A stretch of 62,099 bases of DNA from Acidimicrobiales bacterium (GTDB lineage: Bacteria > Actinomycetota > Acidimicrobiia > Acidimicrobiales > Aldehydirespiratoraceae), in the NCBI GenBank assembly GCA_040263275.1, contig JBDQKM010000001.1:1-62099 (forward strand). Direction: 5' to 3'. The position numbers and the translations under genes were made by a program. The notes beneath the pieces were generated by a model that saw nothing but the letters and a program-made list of their open reading frames with translations, searched no databases and was not told the DNA's origin. Shown here piece after piece: positions 49,308-62,099 of the stretch (position 1 is its first letter; every line of letters begins with the position of its first letter).

Positions 49308-50054
49308 ATGGGAGACCCGAGACCCGAGAAGGTTGCGGTCGTCGACGAGGTGAAGCAGATGCTCGCCGATGCCGACGGCGCAATGCTGACCGAGTACCGC
49401 GGCCTCGACGTGGCGGCCCTGGCCGATCTCCGTCGTGCGCTCCGCGATGCCGGCGGTGAGTACAAGATCTACAAGAACACGCTCGTGCGCCTTGCGGCGC
49501 GTGATGCAGGACTGGAGATCGACGACCTTCTGACCGGTCCGACGGCCATCGCCTTCGTGGGCGACAAGGCCGACGGATCTGCCGGTGACGTCGCGGCCGT
49601 GGCGAAGGCCCTCAAGGACTTCGCCAAGACCAACGATGCGCTGGTGATCAAGGGAGGCGTGGTCGACGATCAGCTGCTGAGCGCAGACGATCTGAAGGCC
49701 CTGGCCGAACTGCCGTCTCGCGACGTGTTGCTGTCGATGCTGGCCGGAGCGCTCCAGGCGCCCATGGCCAAGTTCGCCGGCCTGCTCGCCGCGGTGCCCC
49801 GCGACTTCGCCTACGGCCTGCAGGCCCTCATCGAGAAGGGTGGCGGCCCCGATGCGGCGGCCGACGCGCCCGTCATCGAAGAGGCTCCGGCCGAGGACGC
49901 AGCCGAAGAGGCTCCGGCCGAGGACGCAGCCGAAGAACCTGGTGAGGCCGCCGAGGCCGACGCCACCGAAGAAACCACAGAAACCACAGAAGCCGAGGCG
50001 TCAGCCGACGCCGGCGACGATTCCGGCGATGCCGGTGAGGAAGAGGAGGCCTGA
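49308..50054 (+). CDS. rplJ: 50S ribosomal protein L10 with a ~70-aa acidic repeat tail
   Basis: 248 aa from the ATG at 49308 (GAGGAGG SD). The L10 core ([13 protein letters not shown]...[14 protein letters not shown]...YKIYKNTLV) is followed by a Glu/Ala/Asp-rich tail. Confidence 0.9.
   Translation: MGDPRPEKVAVVDEVKQMLADADGAMLTEYRGLDVAALADLRRALRDAGGEYKIYKNTLVRLAARDAGLEIDDLLTGPTAIAFVGDKADGSAGDVAAVAKALKDFAKTNDALVIKGGVVDDQLLSADDLKALAELPSRDVLLSMLAGALQAPMAKFAGLLAAVPRDFAYGLQALIEKGGGPDAAADAPVIEEAPAEDAAEEAPAEDAAEEPGEAAEADATEETTETTEAEASADAGDDSGDAGEEEEA
49878..49931 (+). repeat. perfect 27-nt tandem duplication inside the rplJ tail
   Basis: GAAGAGGCTCCGGCCGAGGACGCAGCC occurs twice (49878-49904 and 49905-49931), encoding EEAPAEDAA twice, and is followed by a partial third unit. 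A 9-nt GAAACCACA doublet follows at 49971-49988. Confidence 0.9.
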
Positions 50055-50056
50055 TC

Positions 50057-50437
50057 ATGGCTACCAAGGAAGAGATTCTCGACGCGATCGGCGCCATGAG
50101 CGTCCTCGAGCTGAGTGAGCTCCTGTCGGACTTCGAAGAGAAGTTCGGCGTGACCGCTGCTGCTCCCGCAGCCGTTGCCGTTGCTGCCCCCGCGGGTGGC
50201 GGCGATGCCGGTGCGGCCGAGGAGAAGGATTCGTTCGACGTCGTGCTCACCAGCGCCGGCGACAAGAAGATCCAGGTCATCAAGGAGGTGCGCGGTCTCA
50301 CGTCCCTCGGTCTCAAGGAAGCCAAGGAGCTCGTCGACAACGCGCCGAAGCCGATTCTCGAAGGCGCGTCGAAGGACGACGCCGAGAAGGCCAAGGAAGC
50401 CCTCGAGGCTGCCGGCGGCTCGGTCGAACTCCAGTAA
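50057..50437 (+). CDS. rplL: 50S ribosomal protein L7/L12
   Basis: 126 aa. [23 protein letters not shown]...[24 protein letters not shown]. Confidence 0.95.
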   Translation: MATKEEILDAIGAMSVLELSELLSDFEEKFGVTAAAPAAVAVAAPAGGGDAGAAEEKDSFDVVLTSAGDKKIQVIKEVRGLTSLGLKEAKELVDNAPKPILEGASKDDAEKAKEALEAAGGSVELQ

Positions 50438-50465
50438 CACCCGCCCTCCGGGGCAACCAGTAGTC

Positions 50466-50501
50466 GCGAACCGCGTCGGCCTCAGGGTCGGCGCGGTTCG
50501 C
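50466..50501 (+). terminator. 16-bp hairpin downstream of rplL (terminator/attenuator candidate)
   Basis: GCGAACCGCGTCGGCC-TCAG-GGTCGGCGCGGTTCGC (two G-U pairs), followed by CGTTCTGG with a weak U-tract. Confidence 0.45.
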
Positions 50502-50562
50502 CGTTCTGGCGCAGGTGGCGCGCCGCCCGGCGACGGCGGATGGTCGGGCCTAGGGTGCCATC

Positions 50563-51555
50563 GTGACTGATCCGATTTCCCATGTGAACGTCCTGTCGGT
50601 CGATGACGAGTTGATCGTCACCTGGCGTGGCGGATCCGACGAGATGTCGGTGTTCCTCTCCGACGACCCGGTCGACGCCGGCACCGATGTGCGCGCCCCC
50701 GACGCCCCCGGACAGGCCCGGCTGCCGATCAACTCCCGTCGACCCTACGTGCACCTGTTCGAGCCGACCCAGGGGTTCGTGGTCGCGGCGGAACGTCGTC
50801 TCGCGATGGACGGACCGTCGAACTTCCGCGACCTGGGCGGCTATCCGACCCTGGACGGCGCGTGGACTCGTTGGGGTCAGGTGTTTCGCAGTGATGGGCT
50901 GCACGAGCTGTCCGACCGGGATCATGCGCTGATGGGCGAGTTGGAGATCACGACCGTGTTCGATCTCCGCTCCCACGGTGAGGTCGAGCAGGCGCCGGAC
51001 CGGCTGCCGGACGGGGTGCGTCACGTGCACCTCCCGATGTCGAGCGACGTTGCCCAGGGTCGCTCGATGCTCGAGCGGATCGTCGACGGCGACCTGCCGA
51101 AGTTCGACGAGGACGACATGGCCGACGGCTACCTCCGGATGCTGGAGGGGTTCCCGGAGTTCCTGTCCGAGATGTTGCACACCGTCGCCGAGGGCGAGAA
51201 GGTCCTCTTCCACTGCACCGCCGGCAAGGACCGAACCGGGATCACCGCGATGACCATGCTCGGCCTGGCCGGTGTCGCCGACTCCTACATCCTCGACGAC
51301 TACGAGGTCTCGGCCCGCTACCGGGCGCATTCGGTCGAGGGATCGAACTGGTTCGCCGACCGCATCCGCGAGGCGGGTTACGACCCCGACGACTTCCACG
51401 CGATGTGGGGTTCGCCCCGACCGGCGATGCGCAAGACGCTCGACGGTCTGCGCGACCGGTGGGGCGACCACGACGAGTACGTCCGCAGCATCGGGGTGAG
51501 TGACGACGCCGCAGGCCGTGTCCGGACCCGGTTGCGACACGCGGACCCGGTCTGA
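50563..51555 (+). CDS. protein-tyrosine/dual-specificity phosphatase-like protein (CX5R, Y_phosphatase3-like)
   Basis: 330 aa. Active-site loop HCTAGKDRTG. The GTG start at 50563 has TAGGGT 6 nt upstream. Confidence 0.8.
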   Translation: MTDPISHVNVLSVDDELIVTWRGGSDEMSVFLSDDPVDAGTDVRAPDAPGQARLPINSRRPYVHLFEPTQGFVVAAERRLAMDGPSNFRDLGGYPTLDGAWTRWGQVFRSDGLHELSDRDHALMGELEITTVFDLRSHGEVEQAPDRLPDGVRHVHLPMSSDVAQGRSMLERIVDGDLPKFDEDDMADGYLRMLEGFPEFLSEMLHTVAEGEKVLFHCTAGKDRTGITAMTMLGLAGVADSYILDDYEVSARYRAHSVEGSNWFADRIREAGYDPDDFHAMWGSPRPAMRKTLDGLRDRWGDHDEYVRSIGVSDDAAGRVRTRLRHADPV

Positions 51556-51604
51556 TCGCCGCGCGTTTCGAGATCACAATCCGGTTGCATGTGGCCGAGC
51601 GTCC

Positions 51605-51633
51605 TTGACCTCGCGGTCCCGAGCATTTACCGT
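51605..51633 (+). promoter_or_regulatory. candidate sigma-A promoter upstream of rpoB
   Basis: TTGACC (51605-51610), a 17-nt spacer, then TACCGT (51628-51633). This fits the actinobacterial TTGACN-17-TANNNT consensus. Prediction by eye only. Confidence 0.3.
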
Positions 51634-51851
51634 TCGCGATCAATCCGCCCGACTCGATCGGCCCGGATCGTGCACCGCCCGCTACGGCCGGTGCCGGTTC
51701 TGGTTGCCCGAGAGTTGCTGCACTGACGCGGAAGCACTAGCGTGCAAAGCAACGTGGTCGTCCTCGCGCCTGTTCCGAATCAATGTCTTCGGTTCTCCGC
51801 GCCCCGACGACTGCGTTGTCGTCCTCATCCACGGCCAACTCTGGAGCCAAG

Positions 51852-54800
51852 GTGACCACACGCGCCGCACATCGCGAACGCTATTCGTTCGGAAATCTCC
51901 CCGAGGTTCTCGAACTCCCCGATCTCATCGCCGTACAGCGTGAGTCCTTCAAATGGCTGCTCGACGAAGGTCTCGCACAGACCTTCCGCGACATCAGCCC
52001 GATCAAGGACTTCACCGAGACGCTGCAGCTCGAACTCGAGTTCGACCCGGACGACGAGGACCTGCGCCCGCCACCGAAGTTCACGGTGGAGGAGTGCAAA
52101 GAGAAGGACATGACCTACAGCGCGCCGATCTTCGTGCGCGCCCGCTTCATGAACGCCAACACCGGCGAGATCAAGGAGCAGACGGTCTTCATGGGCGACT
52201 TCCCCATGATGACCGACAAGGGAACCTTCATCATCAACGGCACCGAGCGTGTCGTGGTGTCCCAGCTCGTGCGTTCGCCGGGCGTCATCTTCCAGCCGGG
52301 TGAGCGGTTCCGTCTGCGCAACCTGAGCAAGCACCAGCTCGTGACCGGCACGGTCCACCCCTACCGCGGTGAGTGGATCGAGTTCGACGTCGAGCAGAAG
52401 CCGGGCAAGGACGTCACCGCGGGCGCCCGTGTCGCCCGCAAGCGCCGCATCTCGCTGTTCACCCTGCTTCGTGCCCTCGGCTACGACGAAGAGAACGAGC
52501 CGGGCTTCCTCGACAAGTTCGTCGACTACTTCGACTTCCTCGAGGGCCAGTGGGAGAAGGACAAGGAGATCTCGCCGACCCAGGAAGAGTCGCTCCTCGA
52601 GATCTACAAGCGGGCTCGTCCGGGCGAGCCGCCGACGGTCGAGTCGGCCCGTGCCTACTTCCGCAACGCCTTCTTCGAGCCCCGCCGCTACGACCTCAGC
52701 CGGGTCGGCCGCTACAAGCTCAACCGCAAGCTCGGCCCCGAACTCGATTTCCTGCAGAAGCAGTTCGGTCTCGACCTCGAGCGTCCCGACGAGGACCAGT
52801 CGGTGCTGGCCCAGGCCGAGATGCTGGCCGCCACCACCTACCTGCTCAACCTGGCCAAGGGTGAGCCGGGCTACCGGCTCGACGACCAGGACCACTTCGC
52901 CAACCGCCGCATCCGCAGCGTCGGCGAGCTGATCCAGAACCAGGTCCGTATCGGTCTCAGCCGCATGGAGCGGGTCGTGCGCGAGCGCATGACCACCCAG
53001 GACGTCGAGGCGATCACGCCGCAGACGCTCATCAACATCCGTCCCGTCGTGGCTGCGATCAAGGAGTTCTTCGGAACGTCCCAGCTCTCGCAGTTCATGG
53101 ACCAGGTCAACCCGCTGTCGGGTCTCACCCATCGTCGTCGCCTCTCGGCGCTCGGCCCGGGTGGTCTGTCCCGCGAGCGGGCCGGCTTCGAAGTGCGAGA
53201 CGTGCACTTCTCCCACTACGGCCGCATGTGTCCGATCGAGACGCCGGAGGGTCCGAACATCGGCCTCATCGGCGGCCTCGCCTCCTTCGCCCGGGTCAAC
53301 CCCTTCGGCTTCATCGAGACGCCCTACCGCGTCGTCAAAAAGGGAAAGGTCACCGACGAGATCGTCTACCTGACCGCCGATGAAGAAGAGGACTATGTCG
53401 TCGCCCAGGCCAACGCGCCGATCGACGACAAGGGCAACTTCCTGGCCGATCGTGTGCTCGTGCGGCGTTCGCCGCAGGCTGCGAGCCTCCAGGATCTCCG
53501 TCTCCAGCTCGAACAGGAAGTGTTCTTCGGGGCGACCACCGAGATCTCCTCGGTGCCGCCGGAGGAAGTCCAGATGATGGACGTCTCGCCGAAGCAGATC
53601 ATCTCGGTCGCGACCGCGCTGATCCCCTTCCTCGAGCACGACGACGCCAACCGTGCCCTGATGGGCGCCAACATGCAGCGCCAGGCCGTGCCGCTGGTCC
53701 GGGCCGAGGCGCCCTACATCGGCACGGGCATCGAGGGCCGCTGCGCCACCGATGCGGCCGACATGGTGCTGGCCGAGGACGACGGCACCGTCGTCGAACT
53801 CGACGGCGACCACATCATCATGGACTACAAGAAGCTGGGTCAGAAGACGATCCGTCTGAAGCGCTTCGAGCGGTCCAACCAGGACTCCTGCATCTCCCAG
53901 AAGCCCCGCGTGGCCGAGGGCGACAAGGTGAAGGCCGGTCAACTGCTCGCCGACGGTCCCTCGACCGACAACGGCGAGCTGGCGCTCGGCAAGAACCTCC
54001 TCGTGGCCTTCATGCCGTGGGAGGGCTACAACTTCGAGGACGCCATCATCCTCTCGGAGCGACTGGTCAAGGACGACGTGCTCACGTCGGTCCACATCCA
54101 CGAGCACGAGATCGATGCGCGCGACACGAAGCTCGGACCCGAAGAGATCACCCGCGACATCCCGAACCTCAGCGAGGAGATCCTCGCCGATCTCGACGAG
54201 CGCGGGATCATCCGCGTCGGCGCCGAGGTCGGTCCGGGTGATGTCCTCGTCGGCAAGGTCACGCCCAAGGGCGAGACCGAGCTCACCCCCGAGGAGCGGC
54301 TCCTGCGGGCCATCTTCGGTGAGAAGGCCCGTGAGGTGCGCGACACCTCGCTGAAGGTGCCGCACGGTGAGACCGGCAAGGTCATCGACGTCAAGGTCTT
54401 CAACCGCGACGATGCCCACGAACTGCCCCCCGGGGTCAACCAGCTCGTGCGGGTCTACGTGGCCCAGAAGCGCAAGATCAGCGTGGGCGACAAGCTCGCC
54501 GGCCGTCACGGCAACAAGGGCGTCATCTCCAAGATCCTCCCGATCGAGGACATGCCGTTCAACGCCGACGGTCAGCAGGTCGACATCATCCTCAACCCGC
54601 TCGGCGTGCCGTCCCGTATGAACGTCGGGCAGGTGCTCGAGGCGCATCTCGGTTACTGCGCCCGTTGGGGTTGGAGCATCGACGGTGAGCAGATCGGCGA
54701 CGATCCGGTGCGGGGCACCGAGCGCAAGACGCGTCCGACCACCAAGCCCGCCGCCTTCGTGGCGACGCCGGTGTTCGACGGTGCCAAGTGGGACGAGTAC

Positions 54801-55442
54801 GAACTCGCCGGCGACAAGCCGGTGATCGTCGACATCCTGAAGAACCTCAACCCCGAGAGCCGCGACGGCGAGACCCGTCTGATCGGTGTCAACGGCAAGC
54901 AGCAGCTGTTCAACGGCCGCACCGGCGAGCCCTACGACAACGACATCATGACGGGCTACGTCTACATCCTGAAGCTGGCCCACCTGGTCGACGACAAGAT
55001 CCACGCCCGTTCCACGGGTCCGTACTCGATGATCACCCAGCAGCCGCTCGGTGGTAAGGCCCAGTTCGGCGGTCAGCGCTTCGGTGAGATGGAAGTGTGG
55101 GCCCTCGAGGCCTACGGCGCGGCGTACTGCCTGCAGGAGCTGCTCACCATCAAGTCCGACGACGTGCTCGGCCGAGTCAAGGTCTACGAGGCGATCGTCA
55201 AGGGCGAGAACATTCCAGAGCCCGGCATTCCCGAGTCCTTCAAGGTGCTCATCAAGGAAATGCAGGCGTTGTGCATCAACGTCGAGGTGCTCTCCAAGGA
55301 CGGTCAGGAAATCGAGATGCGTGAACTCGACGAAGAGACCTTCCGCACGGTCGAGGAGCTGGGGATCGATCTCCAGCGGCCCGAACGTGGATCCGACGAA
55401 GAAGACGCTGCCCGTGCCGCCGCTCGTGCGGCTCGCGGCTGA
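51852..55442 (+). CDS. rpoB: DNA-directed RNA polymerase subunit beta
   Basis: Start assigned to the GTG at 51852 (GGAG upstream), which gives [41 protein letters not shown], colinear with other RpoB N-termini. The track ATG at 51783 lacks an SD but cannot be excluded. Confidence 0.95.
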   Translation: MTTRAAHRERYSFGNLPEVLELPDLIAVQRESFKWLLDEGLAQTFRDISPIKDFTETLQLELEFDPDDEDLRPPPKFTVEECKEKDMTYSAPIFVRARFMNANTGEIKEQTVFMGDFPMMTDKGTFIINGTERVVVSQLVRSPGVIFQPGERFRLRNLSKHQLVTGTVHPYRGEWIEFDVEQKPGKDVTAGARVARKRRISLFTLLRALGYDEENEPGFLDKFVDYFDFLEGQWEKDKEISPTQEESLLEIYKRARPGEPPTVESARAYFRNAFFEPRRYDLSRVGRYKLNRKLGPELDFLQKQFGLDLERPDEDQSVLAQAEMLAATTYLLNLAKGEPGYRLDDQDHFANRRIRSVGELIQNQVRIGLSRMERVVRERMTTQDVEAITPQTLINIRPVVAAIKEFFGTSQLSQFMDQVNPLSGLTHRRRLSALGPGGLSRERAGFEVRDVHFSHYGRMCPIETPEGPNIGLIGGLASFARVNPFGFIETPYRVVKKGKVTDEIVYLTADEEEDYVVAQANAPIDDKGNFLADRVLVRRSPQAASLQDLRLQLEQEVFFGATTEISSVPPEEVQMMDVSPKQIISVATALIPFLEHDDANRALMGANMQRQAVPLVRAEAPYIGTGIEGRCATDAADMVLAEDDGTVVELDGDHIIMDYKKLGQKTIRLKRFERSNQDSCISQKPRVAEGDKVKAGQLLADGPSTDNGELALGKNLLVAFMPWEGYNFEDAIILSERLVKDDVLTSVHIHEHEIDARDTKLGPEEITRDIPNLSEEILADLDERGIIRVGAEVGPGDVLVGKVTPKGETELTPEERLLRAIFGEKAREVRDTSLKVPHGETGKVIDVKVFNRDDAHELPPGVNQLVRVYVAQKRKISVGDKLAGRHGNKGVISKILPIEDMPFNADGQQVDIILNPLGVPSRMNVGQVLEAHLGYCARWGWSIDGEQIGDDPVRGTERKTRPTTKPAAFVATPVFDGAKWDEYELAGDKPVIVDILKNLNPESRDGETRLIGVNGKQQLFNGRTGEPYDNDIMTGYVYILKLAHLVDDKIHARSTGPYSMITQQPLGGKAQFGGQRFGEMEVWALEAYGAAYCLQELLTIKSDDVLGRVKVYEAIVKGENIPEPGIPESFKVLIKEMQALCINVEVLSKDGQEIEMRELDEETFRTVEELGIDLQRPERGSDEEDAARAAARAARG

Positions 55443-55468
55443 GACCGGGAAGACGAGGGAGTAACAAC

Positions 55469-59386
<3,918 letters not shown>

Positions 59387-59412
59387 ACAAGCCCTCCCGA
59401 TCCTCGCAATCC

Positions 59413-59452
59413 GAGGCGAGTCGCCCACCGATTCGGTGGTCGGCTCGCCTCG
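59413..59452 (+). terminator. rpoC intrinsic terminator
   Basis: GAGGCGAG...CCACCG-ATT-CGGTGG...CTCGCCTC compound hairpin, followed by GGTTTCGTTTTGTC (T-rich). Confidence 0.7.
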
Positions 59453-59474
59453 GTTTCGTTTTGTCAGGGCTGGG

Positions 59475-61031
59475 TCAGAGCAGGACCTGTACGGGCGCGG
59501 TGACGAACTCGAAGAAGATCGTCCAGGCCAGGGAGTAGTCGCGGATGCTGACGAAGGCGAAGCCGCCGGCCACGTAGAGGTTGGTGAGCACCGTGCCGCC
59601 GATGGTTCGCAGGCGCCCCTCCTTCACGAGGTTCCACGGCCACCACGCGAGTACCGCCATGCCGATGCCGTGATAGAGGCCCCAGGTGACCCAGGTGAGG
59701 GCGAGGTCGTGCCAGAGGCCGATGGTCAGCAGGGTGACGATCAGGGCCGCGGATTGGTTGCGGGTGGTGGCGATGACCGGGAAAAAGACGTTGCGGAACG
59801 CCCACCCCGACAGTGAGATGTGCCAGCGGCGCCAGAACTCGGCGAGGTCGGGGGCCAGCACCGGCCAGCGGAAGTTCTCGCCGATCGTGTGACCGAACAG
59901 TCGGGCCAGGCCGATGGCGATGTCGGAGTAGGAGGAGAAGTCGAGATAGGCGACGAGGTAGGAGAGCACGCAGAAGCGCACGACGTCCCAGGGGTCTCCC
60001 GTCGGGTCGGTCACGACCCGGCTCCACAGGCCGCTCTCGAAGACCAGGCCGGCGAGGATGCCGTCGACGATGACGAGCTTCTTGGCCACGCCCACCGTGA
60101 TGCGCATGGCGCCGTCGCCAAGGTCGTCGCGGGTGATGCGTTCGGCGCGGTTCTTGAAGAAGGTGTCGACCAGTTCGATCGGTCCGGCCACCAGCGTCGG
60201 GGGGAAGAGCACGTAGACGAGATAGCGGCGGAGCGTGAGGTCTTCGAGCTGTCCCCGGTGCCATCGCAGTTGGAGGTCGAGCAGTCGGATGAGGAAGTAG
60301 CTGGTGCCGAGCGGGAGCACCAGGGCCAACGATCCGTAGTCCTCGAACGACACGAGGAAGATCGCCTTGAAGTTCTTGAGGACGAGCAGGATCAGGGCGG
60401 TGACGGCCAGCCACGTGAGGATGAAGCGCGACGATCGTTTCTCGCTGGCGCGGTACCACCGGCCGATCGCGAAGAACGCCAGCAGGATCGCCAGCAGGAT
60501 GACGGTGAAGCCGAACTGCAGGGCGGCCAGCGCGGTGACCGAGAAGCCGATCAGCAGCCATTGGCTCAGTGCCACCCGGCGGTGGGTCAAGACGATGACC
60601 GGGACGAAGGCGAGGGCCAGGAGGAACAGGCGGTTCAACCAGCGTCCGTCGAAGGGGGCTTGGCGGGTCTGGCGGGCGGTGTCGATGCCCTCGACGTCGA
60701 CGCTCGCGCCGACCGGGCTCGGGTCGATCACCAGCCGGAGACTGTCGCCGCCCAGGGTCGCGTGGCCCCGGCAGGAGAACGCGGCGTCGCAGTCGACCGT
60801 GTTGAAGCCGCGATCGCCGATCTCGTCGATGGTGCCTACCCCGCTGACCGAGAAACGCACGACATAGTCGGTTGCTGCGCCCTTGCCCTCGAACTCCGCC
60901 TCCCAGGTGCCGTCGGTGTCGACGCCCTCGCGTTCGGGCGCGGCGACGTCGTCGGTCACGACCGACCACACCGCGACCATCAGCGCACCGAGTGTGAGGA
61001 GGGTGATGAGGGGCCGGAGCTTGGTGATCAC
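59475..61031 (-). CDS. MBOAT-family O-acyltransferase (AlgI/DltB/PatA-like) with N-terminal extracytoplasmic domain
   Basis: 518 aa. MBOAT core (FSSYSDIAIGLARLFGH...NFRWPVLAPDLAEFWRRWHISLSGW) is preceded by one TM helix and a ~110-aa non-membrane domain. The GTG start overlaps the stop of the upstream gene (GTGA). Confidence 0.85.
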   Translation of the reverse strand: MITKLRPLITLLTLGALMVAVWSVVTDDVAAPEREGVDTDGTWEAEFEGKGAATDYVVRFSVSGVGTIDEIGDRGFNTVDCDAAFSCRGHATLGGDSLRLVIDPSPVGASVDVEGIDTARQTRQAPFDGRWLNRLFLLALAFVPVIVLTHRRVALSQWLLIGFSVTALAALQFGFTVILLAILLAFFAIGRWYRASEKRSSRFILTWLAVTALILLVLKNFKAIFLVSFEDYGSLALVLPLGTSYFLIRLLDLQLRWHRGQLEDLTLRRYLVYVLFPPTLVAGPIELVDTFFKNRAERITRDDLGDGAMRITVGVAKKLVIVDGILAGLVFESGLWSRVVTDPTGDPWDVVRFCVLSYLVAYLDFSSYSDIAIGLARLFGHTIGENFRWPVLAPDLAEFWRRWHISLSGWAFRNVFFPVIATTRNQSAALIVTLLTIGLWHDLALTWVTWGLYHGIGMAVLAWWPWNLVKEGRLRTIGGTVLTNLYVAGGFAFVSIRDYSLAWTIFFEFVTAPVQVLL

Positions 61032-62099
61032 TCGGCCTCGAGTCCGAGGTCGGTGCCGATCAGGGCGGAGAAGACGGCGTCGGTCAGCCGCGGTCGACCG
61101 GGGGCCAGAAGGTGTTCGAGATCGAAGAAGTCGTCGTCGCCGAACGGTTCACTGCGCAGGTCGATCCGGGACGAGTCGGTCGTGGCGACGAGGGCCTCGA
61201 CCGCCGCGTGGTAGTCGGCCCACACCGGTCCGTAGGCCTCGACCGAGAGCGACGTGCGCGGCAGTTCGAGGAAGACGACCTCGGCGCCGGTCGCCCGGAT
61301 GCTGTCGGCCAGGGCGGTTGCGATCGCGAAGTCGAGGTCGTGGTGGGCGAAGTAGTCGTCCACCCGCGTCTCGGCGACGATCGCTGCGAGCTCGGCCTTC
61401 TCCGTGTCGGCGAGCGGCTGGTTGCCGTAGCCGTAGCGAACGGGTCGGCGGATGTCGCGGAACGACGTGTCGGTCAGGGCCCCCCAGTCGACGTCGGTCA
61501 GTCGGCCGGCGAAGAGGTCGGACCATGCCGTGGTCGTGTCGCTGGAGAGCCGACCCTCGACCCATTGGCGGAGGAACAACCGGTGCTCGAAGGCCGCGGT
61601 TTCGTCCCACGGCGAGAAGGCGACGGACTCGCCGAGGTCGTCGATCCGCCCCGAGATGCCCGACGGCTTCGGTCGGGCCGAGTCGACCGTGTCGGAGGCG
61701 ACGAGGTCGGCGACGTCGTCCGCCGGGAGGAGCGACAGCCGCGACGCACGGAACTCCTGGGTCAGGGTGTCGTCACCGAACCCGAACCGGCGGGGGTTGA
61801 TGCCGATCACCACCGTGTCGCCGGCCTCGAGTGGGAGATTGAGGGCGATGCGGGCGGTCTCGGCCATCGACTGGTCGAAGCTGTAGAGCGTGTGGACGTC
61901 GGGCACCTGTGGTCCGAGCTCCGCGTCGAGGGCCTGCTGGATCACGCCGTCGGGCACCAGCCCCTCCCGGATCGTCGAGCCGCCGATCATGATGAGTCGG
62001 CCTGCCTCCGGTCGTTCGCCCGCCTGGATCGCCACCACCTCGCTGAGCAGGCGGCCGTGGTCGTCGCGTTCGTGGGCCAGGAACGCATCGGCGCTCCAC
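61028..62099 (-). CDS. SGNH/DltD/AlgJ-like partner of the MBOAT protein (5' end outside the window)
   Basis: The frame stays open upstream of the track start to the window edge (...WSADAFLAHERDDHGRLLSEVVAIQ...). Block-I-like IMIGGSTIREG and C-terminal DLEH (DxxH-like) motifs. Confidence 0.65.
   Translation of the reverse strand, partial: WSADAFLAHERDDHGRLLSEVVAIQAGERPEAGRLIMIGGSTIREGLVPDGVIQQALDAELGPQVPDVHTLYSFDQSMAETARIALNLPLEAGDTVVIGINPRRFGFGDDTLTQEFRASRLSLLPADDVADLVASDTVDSARPKPSGISGRIDDLGESVAFSPWDETAAFEHRLFLRQWVEGRLSSDTTTAWSDLFAGRLTDVDWGALTDTSFRDIRRPVRYGYGNQPLADTEKAELAAIVAETRVDDYFAHHDLDFAIATALADSIRATGAEVVFLELPRTSLSVEAYGPVWADYHAAVEALVATTDSSRIDLRSEPFGDDDFFDLEHLLAPGRPRLTDAVFSALIGTDLGLEAE

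Noticed and set aside
49878-49988. Tandem repeats as a possible CRISPR array or satellite
   Set aside because: There are only two direct copies of 27 nt and two of 9 nt, with no spacers, and they lie in frame inside rplJ. This is a coding slippage repeat, not an array.

Overview
High-GC Actinomycetota chromosomal window, almost fully coding: about 60 CDS and 6 tRNAs, with no rRNA, CRISPR array or recognisable mobile element. Left third: a PspC-kinase/LuxR two-component pair, tRNA-Arg, core and stress genes (acs, mscL, htpX, OsmC), and a c-di-GMP neighbourhood (YajQ, a GT2-like/PilZ membrane protein, a GAF-GGDEF-EAL protein). Middle (17.5-41.6 kb): a complete but scattered mycofactocin (mft) redox-cofactor system. 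It starts with a 44-codon mftA precursor gene that is absent from the ORF track, followed by mftB and mftC; mftD, mftE and mftF each lie several kb apart. Between them are a mycofactocin-type SDR, two paralogous Zn-ADHs, a MoxR/VWA pair, acyl-CoA metabolism genes and a decayed lon. Two unusual hydrolase genes are translationally coupled to mftC and mftF. Right third: tRNA-Thr/Met, an ECF sigma/ZAS anti-sigma pair, tRNA-Trp-secE-nusG-rplKAJL, a CX5R phosphatase, rpoBC, then an MBOAT/SGNH-like pair that runs off the window. Many long ORFs in the track are antisense shadow ORFs typical of high-GC DNA and are not called. All homology statements rest on motif recognition by eye; no database search was run.
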